Assembly (NCBI GenBank): GCA_965153355.1
Contig: OZ231126.1
Location: forward strand, 15,128,001 to 15,192,000
DNA length: 64,000 nucleotides
Direction of reading: 5' to 3'
Source of the DNA: Flaccisagitta enflata
Taxonomy: Eukaryota
Shown: one piece after another, positions 54,299-64,000 of the stretch
Position numbering within the stretch: position 1 is the stretch's first letter
Layout of the letters: the number at the start of each line of letters is the position of its first letter
Made by a program: the position numbers and the translations under genes
The notes under the pieces: generated by a model
Seen by the model: the letters and a program-made list of their open reading frames with translations, nothing else
What the model was told of the DNA's origin: nothing
The model's database searches: none

Positions 54299-54788
54299 TA
54301 AATTTAAGGAAATTTTTATAAGAAAATCTTTGAAAAAATTTCTTGAAAATTATTTTGAAAATTTTCTTTTCTTAGTTGGAAATTTTTTTTTTTTTTTTAA
54401 TTTTTAAAAAAAAATTTTTGATTATTTTTTTCTTAGATTTTTTTTGTCATTATCATTCATTGTTGTCATCATCATTATCCACTATTGTTATCATTATCAA
54501 GTTTTGTCATCATTAAAACAATATTGAATAATTTTTTCTTTTTTTTTTTCTTAAAATTGCTGTCTTGTGTATCTCATCGAGTTGCGTTTACGCAAGGAGA
54601 AAGCTTCAAAAATTACAGTCCCCAGTCGGGGACTGTAATTTTGAAGCAGGAAAAAATTAGGTACACGACATTTCTGGGTTGGAGCTTCTCCAAGGAAAAA
54701 TCATTGAACTTCGATGATTTTTGAAAATCATTGAACTTCGATGATTTTTGACTTTTCACTAGTGTTGATGTCGTGTCGTTGTTAGTGT

Positions 54789-54875
<87 letters not shown>

Positions 54876-54968
54876 AAAGACCACGACAACGACTTGACCA
54901 CGACAACGACGACATTTCTTGGTTGGAGCTTCTCAAAGGAAAAATCATCGAAGTCGTGTCGTTGTTAG

Positions 54969-55046
<78 letters not shown>

Positions 55047-55207
55047 AAAGACCACGACAACGACAACGATGTGACAACGACGCGATCCGATGATGCGATC
55101 GGTTGAAGCGATCATGGAATGAGATTGGTGGTTACATGTCGTGGTCACGTGATGTGGTCATCGGAAATTCAATGAAATGACCGCGACCGCCCGCGACCGC
55201 ATTTTCA

Positions 55208-55718
55208 ACAACTATGGGACAACGACTATATGACAACGACTATGGGACAACGACTATGGGACAACAACACAACGACTCAACAACTATGGGACAACGACTA
55301 AGTGACAACGACTAAGTGACAACGACTAAGTGACAACGACTAAGTGACAACGACTAAGTGACAACGACTAAGTGACAACGACTAAGTGACAACGACTATG
55401 TGACAACGACTATGTGACAACGACTATGGGACAACGACTATGGGACAACGACTATGGGACAACGACTATGGGACAACGACTATGGGACAACGACTTAGGG
55501 ACAATGTCTATGGGACAATGTCTATGGGACAATGTCTATGGGACAATGTCTATGGGACAATGTCTATGGGACAACGACTATGGGACAACGACTATGGGAC
55601 AACGACTTAGGGACAATGTCTATGGGACAATGTCTATGGGACAATGTCTATGGGACAATGTCTATGGGACAACGACTATGGGACAACGACTATGGGACAA
55701 CGACTATGGGACAACGAC
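55208..55718. repeat. 14-bp minisatellite (CTATGGGACAACGA)n
   Basis: Seen directly, with variant blocks AAGTG and ATGTC. Confidence 0.95.
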
Positions 55719-55810
55719 AAGAAATCACCCAATGCGATCGTGACCGCGATAGCGACAACTTCTGGCTAAAAGCATTTTCAATAGTGTTGTTGTCGTGTCG
55801 ATGTTAGTGT

Positions 55811-55919
<109 letters not shown>

Positions 55920-56003
55920 AGACAACGACAACCTCACAATTATTTGTAATGGTGGTATTTGACCGCGACCGCGACATTTTGGGATCGCGTCGGGTTTGCT
56001 TCA

Positions 56004-56087
<84 letters not shown>

Positions 56088-56174
56088 ATTACAGCGACAG
56101 CGACCGGGACCTTGACCGGGACCTTTTCTGGCTAAAAGCATTTTCACAAGTGTTGGTGTCGTGTTGGGGTTAGT

Positions 56175-57093
<919 letters not shown>

Positions 57094-57185
57094 TCTGTCG
57101 TTGATGATATTGGCTTCATTTTTAGGAGATAAAGATTTTTTTATGGCCAAGGGTCAGTGTCGCTTTCTGGGTTGGTGTCGAGTTT

Positions 57186-57296
<111 letters not shown>

Positions 57297-58290
57297 TTCT
57301 CTTTCTCTCTCTCGACAATATCAGCAACAGACTCACACTTGGCCCTGAAAAATCATATTTTTAGAATCAGATATTTCTGGTTGACTATGACAGAAACATG
57401 AACGTCGATGTCCGGGGGATTAGATTTGGGTATTGCCGAAGCTTAATGGCGAGAGATATCCTTATTGATCTGGGCCAATACGCCAAATCGACAATTTTTG
57501 TGAAAATTGCAGAAGAACCGTAGTTTTCTTAAATTTAAATATTCTCCCCTTTGAGTGTGAAAACACAAACAAACAAGCGGAATTCATCTTGTATGCAATC
57601 CACTAGTTAGGGCCAACAAGCGTAGGGCCGTTGCTATCAAAATTACCACTTTTTTTGAAAAAAATATGATTTTCTTAAATTAACGTGGATGGGACAATTA
57701 AATAGTAGAAAAACCGTGATTGCCTGAAATTCAAGATTTTATCATAACTCTTCCATCTTTGAATTTTTTCGCGCAATTTTTTGGGATGTCTTTCTTGTGA
57801 AATGGGGGCGTATCTGAGCCCATATTAGTCCACTATTTCACCCATAATGAGGATGAAATTAACTTGTTATGCCATTCCTTTCAAATTTGTCCGAAATTGC
57901 CTTCTTTTCAGTAATCACTTTCAGGTGCTCAAAAAGTACAAATTTGGACAGTTCATGTTTTTGGCAAGACAATATCAATCAAGTATGACCCAACAGCCAT
58001 GATGACTTAAAATGATCAATAAAACAACTCAATGGGCCTCAAGAAAAGGGATAATTAAGAACTGTTACAATTTGTTACAGGAAAATAGAGAGCGAACGCC
58101 ACCTTGGGTGGACACGTTTAAATGGGATAAAAAAAGTCAGCCTATTTTCAGAAACCAAATTTTTAAGCAATTATATCTCCCCCAACATTTGATAGCAATA
58201 ATATCAATTGCTAGTCCCTCATGAACTGATATTGCCATGTCAGCCTTGCGTTGGTCTGGAAATAAGACATGTGAGCCTCTTGATGAAATC

Positions 58291-58349
<59 letters not shown>

Positions 58350-59169
58350 CATTCTCAATGTTTTATGTCTTGATATGTTGGTATTTGGCATGGTTGTTAA
58401 GAGTAATGAAAAGGCCGGATACACGGCTACCCTAGTCGCATGCGGGTGGGCAGGAGCAGTGCTGGAGAAGGTCACTAGGGCATCAGAGCAGGAGCCGTAT
58501 GCTTAAAGCTCAAAAAACGCCGAAAAAGTAAAAAGGGGACTGACCAACCAATGGACCAACATAGCGGGGTGTAGAGTTGCGTAGCACGCAACTAAAATAG
58601 TGACTGTTTTAGGAGGGACAGTGTCATTTACTGTTTTGGCTATGAGACCTATGAAAGAGGGGACAAAGATGTTGATGAGTAATGAGTGTGGGGATAACGC
58701 CATTGTCGAGTCCCTGCTCTTGTCAATGCTGTTGTCCCATATATTGTCAATGATGTTCTACTGAGTCTTGCTTATGTTTTCCCCCCAGTCTTGAGTCTGC
58801 TCAATGACGTTTTACCGAGTCCTCTGTCTTCCTGAGTCTTCTCAATGTCTCCCCGAGTCTTCTCAATGTCTCCCCAAGTCTTATAATTGTCTCGTGTCAT
58901 TGACGTGTCTTGATGACATTTATCCATCTCTCATCCATGACATTATCCCAAACCTTGTCAGTGGCACTGTCCCAACTCTTGGCATTGTCCCAACCCTTGC
59001 CAATGACATTGTCCCAACTCTTGTCAATAGCATTGTCCCCACTCTTTTCAATGATATTGTCCCACAACCTTGGAATTAAGTTTATCGCATCTCTCAAAGC
59101 CTCATACCTCCTTTACAAATAAAAAAATCTAAAGAAATATTAGTGAGGTTCTGAAACGTCTTCGAATTT

Positions 59170-59595
59170 TCTAGCAGTTGGCGCCAACCGCATTACTGTG
59201 TATCTCACCGGTTTAGAAATGAGAGCTGAATGAAGTAAGGTACCTCTTTAGAAAAATGGCATAAAAATGGCGTTTTTGAAACATGGTTCATAGAAGATGG
59301 TGTGCCCGCTCACTGGCTGATTCAAGGAAGCAATGGCATCAAAGGCACAGTGTCAAAGGTAAAACACTGCTCCAGTGGGCTCAGAAACTGCCCAGATCTC
59401 AACCTGATTGAATCGCTATAGTCCCAATTATAGCAATGGCAAAGTTGAAAATGTGCAACATGGATGGCAGGACTGAAAAGAATCGCGCTAAAGTCCGGGG
59501 GAAGATCACCTTATCATACCTTCAGATGCAGTGCGAAAGCATGCTGAGACGCAGGAGAGTGTGAAAAGGTTATGGAGTGCATGACCAAGTATCAA
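59170..59595 (+). pseudogene. Tc1-family transposase relic (C-terminal DDE half)
   Basis: WFIEDGVPAH (59284; cf. FQQDGAPAH), NCPDLNLIESL*SQL (cf. NSPDLNPIENLW), ESMLRR (cf. SMPRR) and a terminal TKY appear in the right order, with stops and frameshifts. Confidence 0.85.
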
Positions 59596-60137
59596 GATTG
59601 TTAGGGACACGTTAATTGTATTATCTTGTCCATGAAATGCCAATAATGACAATAAACTTCAATAAACTTTTTTCCAAGATAGTAACTTGTCAATGACATT
59701 GTCCCAACTCTTGTCAATAGCTCTTGTCAATGATTTTGTTCAAACTCGTCAATGACATTGTGCCAACTCGTCAATGACATTGTGCCAACTTGTCAATGAC
59801 ATTGTCCCAACTCTTGTCAATGACATTATCCCAACTCTTGTCAATGACTATGTCCCAACTTGTCAATGAAAATGTCAAGGATGATGGAATTGATAATTCT
59901 ATAACATTGAAGATGGAGATGATGATATTTTTGATGATGTTATTTTTGATGATGTTATTTTTTTTGATGATGATGATGATGATGAAGGATGATAATAATG
60001 AAGATGAGGATGTGAGTAACTATGGCAGTTGTATGGACCAAGATTTTGCAATCAAGTGTTGGAGTTGTCCCCTTCAATCAAGTTTTGAGGGTGTATTTGT
60101 CCACTTTAATCAAGTGTTGAGGTAGGTAGGGATAATT

Positions 60138-60910
60138 ATTGTCCCTCAATAGACTCGTCCCTTAATCGACTCGTCCCTTAATCGACTCGTCCCTTAATCG
60201 ACTCGTCCCTTAATCGACTCGTCCCTCTATCGACTTGTCCCTCAAAACTCCTTTCTCAATGGACTCGTCCCTCAATCGCCTTGTCCCTCAATTGACTTGT
60301 CCCTCAATCGACTTGTCCCTCAATCGACTTGTCCCTCAATCGACTTGTCCCTCAATCGACTTGTCCCTCAATCGACTTGTCCCTCAATCGACTTGTCCCT
60401 CAATCGACTTGTCCCTCAATCGACTTGTCCCTCAATCGACTTGTCCCTCAATCGACTTGTCCCTCAATCGACTTGTCCCTCAATCGACTTGTCCCTCAAT
60501 CGACTTGTCCCTCAATCAACTTGTCCCTCAATCAACTTGTCCCTCAATCAACTTGTCCCTCAATCAACTTGTCCCTCAATCGACTTGTCCCTCAATCGAC
60601 TTGTCCCTCAATCGACTTGTCCCTCAATCGACTTGTCCCTCAATTGACTTGTCCCTCAATCAACTCGTCCCTCAATCGACTTGTCCCTCAATCAACTTGT
60701 CCCTTAATCGACTTGTCCCTCAATTGACTTGTCCCTTGATCAACTTGTCTGTTGATCGACTTGTCCCTGAATCAACTTTTCCCTCAAACGACTCGTCCCT
60801 CAACAGACTCGTCCCGCGATTGACTTGTACCATTGACTTGTACCATTGACTTGTCCCATTGACTTGTCCCTCAATCAACTCGGCCCTCAATTGACTCGTC
60901 CTTCAATCAA
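60138..60910. repeat. 16-bp minisatellite (CCTCAATCGACTTGTC)n
   Basis: Seen directly in the sequence. Confidence 0.95.
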
Positions 60911-61056
60911 TCATTTTATGGCCAGATCAACATCTCCTATGTTTTTTTAGATTTCAAAAATTATATGTAGTTTCGGAGATCAGAGATATAACAAATCTCC
61001 GAAGATTCAATTGTCGGGATGATGAGGTGTAGAGAAGGGTGAGATTATTGATGTCT

Positions 61057-61143
<87 letters not shown>

Positions 61144-61250
61144 GTTGGTGATATTGAGTATATGTTGGGATGGCTTCAATGCTTTGGAGACAAAGATTTT
61201 TATGCCCAAGCATCAGTGTTGCTTTCTGGGTTAGTGTCGAGTTCTCTCTT

Positions 61251-61312
<62 letters not shown>

Positions 61313-61351
61313 TGTGTGTCTTTGTTTGTTGCTTGTCTGTGTGAGTGTCGA

Positions 61352-61422
<71 letters not shown>

Positions 61423-62193
61423 ATTCTCAGTTTCATGTCTTGGCATGTTGGTATTTGGCATGGTTGTCAAGAGTAATGAAAAGAAAGACACTATTTTTAA
61501 GTAGTGACAGTGTCATTTACTGCTTTGGCTATGATACCTATGAAAGAGGGAACAAAGATGTTGATTGTGATGAGTGTGGGGACAACGCCATTGTTGAGTC
61601 CCTGCTCTTGTCAATGCTTTTTTCCCGGATACTGTCAATGACGTTTTCCCGAGTCTTGTCAATGTTTTCCCGAGTCTTGTCGCTGATGTTTTCCCCGAGT
61701 CTTCTCAATCGTCTTCCCAAGTCATTGTCATTGTCTCGTGTCATTGGTGTCTTGAGGACGATGTTTATCAAACACCATTTGCATGCTGGAAAACGATACA
61801 AACGCAATCAGGTTGAAGGACAACAAAAGCTATCATGGGATCATTATCAAAGCAGATGGAGCGTTTATCTTTAGAACCAGATCTTGATAATCCAAACAGG
61901 GATCAGTGGTGTTCGTTACTCCATAGCTGGAGGCCAAATGCCACACCATCGCGGTAGGGTTTTAAGTTTTCCAGAATTTTGTCAATAACCTTATCCCAAA
62001 TCTTGTCAATGACATTGTTTCAATTCCTGTTAGTGACATCTCCAAAGTCTTTTCAGTGAGGTTGTCCGAAGTCCAAGACTTCATATTCTCTTTCAAATAT
62101 AAAAGTTAAGAATGACACATCCCCCTTTGTCATTGACATCATCTCACTGATGACAGTCCCTCTACTATTAATGAAATCCTCCTTCTGGCTTCC

Positions 62194-62692
62194 CAGTCAG
62201 TCCCAATTCCGCATTCATCCATATGATCGTATCTCATCATATATCGGCAAACCAAAACTTTTTCCATCCGGGCATATTTCGATATATCGAAATATGACTT
62301 ACAAAAGTTTGATTTTCTCTGTTGTGTCTTTTGTAAAATCTGAATGAATTTCAGAGCCTTTTGTCTTGTTTACAGTCTTCAATGATTTTCTACTGACTTT
62401 GCCACTTAAATTTTAGGAGAAATTGATTTACAAATGCTGCACCATTCAATCATATCATTAGATCTTGTTCATCCTTCATTATCTTTTATCTCACCAATTA
62501 TTTGAGTATTGGGTAGAAAATAAGATCAGAGCTTGATAAATGCTTTGCTACTTACTTTTGAGTGGCTAAACAGAAAGGGTAAGATGAGTCATATTTTGAT
62601 ACATCGAAATATGCCCAGATAAACTAAGTTGCTTTATCTCGTAATATGACGAGATATGGTCAAATGGATGAATGCGGAATTGGGACTGACTG
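62194..62692. mobile_element. MITE with long TIRs and a 4-bp TSD (TTCC)
   Basis: The TIRs are CAGTCAGTCCCAATTCCGCATTCATCCAT / ATGGATGAATGCGGAATTGGGACTGACTG with TTCC on both flanks. The element is absent from the paralogous segment at about 63690. Confidence 0.8.
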
Positions 62693-63769
62693 TTCCTCCA
62701 CCTTTCCTAATCTGATAACTACCGTCCCAGTATCCATTAATTGACTTCATCCCCAATAATGATGTCAACATTAATTGCTGTCAATATGTTGCCAATCCTG
62801 ATTTATGACCATGTCCCTAGTCTCACTCTTGAACTCATGGGGGCATTCAAAGTTAAGTATTTAACAACCAGTTGAATCCTCTTGTCAATGACATTGTCAA
62901 AATGTTAATGACATCGTCCCAACTTTGGTCAATAATGTTGTCCCAACTCTGGTCAATGATGTTGTTCCAACTCTGGTCAATGACATTGTCCATGTAAGAT
63001 GGAACTTGGGACAGCATATTGTTGGGCGTAGGGCCTAAGCAATGTAACCAGGCATAATGGTAGAGCATATGGTTGTATACACGGCTACCCTAGTCACATG
63101 CGGGTGGGGAGGTGTTGTATTTGAGGTCAGTTTATTTTGGCAGGAGAAGTGAGGTAAAAGACCGCAAAAACCCCCAAAAAGTAAATTGCGATGGACTGCA
63201 AACCGACGGACGGACCGAGTGAGTCTGTTGTGTGCATGCGACTAAAAAATGAGGCACTAAAAATGAGGTACTAGAAATGAGGCACATGATGGAAAATGAT
63301 GCAAGCTGTCAGGTTGAAGGACAACAAAACCTATTGCGGGATCATTATCAAGGCAGATCGAGCTTTATCTTTAGAACCAGATCTTGATTATCCAAAGAGG
63401 GATCAGTGGTGTTCTTTACTCCATAGCTGAACGCCAAATGCAGGGCCATGGCAGGGTTTTGGCAGATCACCGTGGTAGCGTTTTGACCGGAGGCAAATCT
63501 TTAATTTGTCAATGAAGTTGTCCAGAATCTTGTCAATAACATTATCTCAAATCTTGTCAATGACATTGTCTCGAGTCTTGTTAGTGACATCTAAGTCTTT
63601 TCAGTGAAGTTGTCCCGAGTCCAATACTCATGATACTCTCTTTTGAATATAAAAGAATTCACACTGATGACATTCCTTAACTATTAATGAAATCCTCCTT
63701 CCTCTTTTTTCCTTACCTGATAAATAAGGTCCCATTATCCACTAATTGGCTTTATCCCCCAACAATGAT

Positions 63770-64000
63770 GTCAATGACAATGTCCCCACTCTCGTCAATG
63801 ACCATGTCCCCAACCCTTGTCAATGACCATGCCCTCAGCCCTCGTCTCTGACAATGTCCCCAACCCTCGTCTATGGTAATGTCCCCAACTCTTGTCAATG
63901 ACAATGTCCCCAACTCTTGTCAATGACAATGTCCCCAACTCTTGTCAATGACAATGTCCCCAACTCTTGTCAATGACAATGTCCCCAACTCTTGTCAATG
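63770..64000. repeat. 25-bp minisatellite (CCCCAACTCTTGTCAATGACAATGT)n running off the window
   Basis: Seen directly; it is related to the 24-mer at 56259. Confidence 0.9.

Overview
This is eukaryotic, AT-rich, very repeat-dense genomic DNA that looks metazoan and probably invertebrate; the species cannot be determined from the sequence. No rRNA, tRNA or CRISPR array was found. One credible spliced gene lies on the minus strand. Its six phase-consistent GT-AG exons between 36404 and 26860 encode about 586 aa of Ser/Thr/Pro-rich protein, with a small helical N-terminal domain, NLS-like motifs and SUMO-like motifs; I do not recognise the family. A CpG-rich candidate first exon/promoter lies near 49.7 kb. 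Almost everything else is mobile or tandemly repeated DNA: (i) a 3.8-kb decayed hATm-like transposon with a 9-bp TSD, inside a fold-back satellite; (ii) non-autonomous TIR elements with TSDs of 2, 4, 5, 6 and 8 bp, often nested; (iii) about 20 or more DINE-1/HINE-like rolling-circle elements whose terminal inverted repeats and hairpins covary between subfamilies; (iv) a four-copy element combining Helitron A|TC...CTGG|T ends with Helentron-type subterminal inverted repeats; (v) a Tc1 transposase relic; and (vi) many micro- and minisatellites, four of which share a TGTCCC core. Nearly all ORFs in the supplied track are repeat artefacts.
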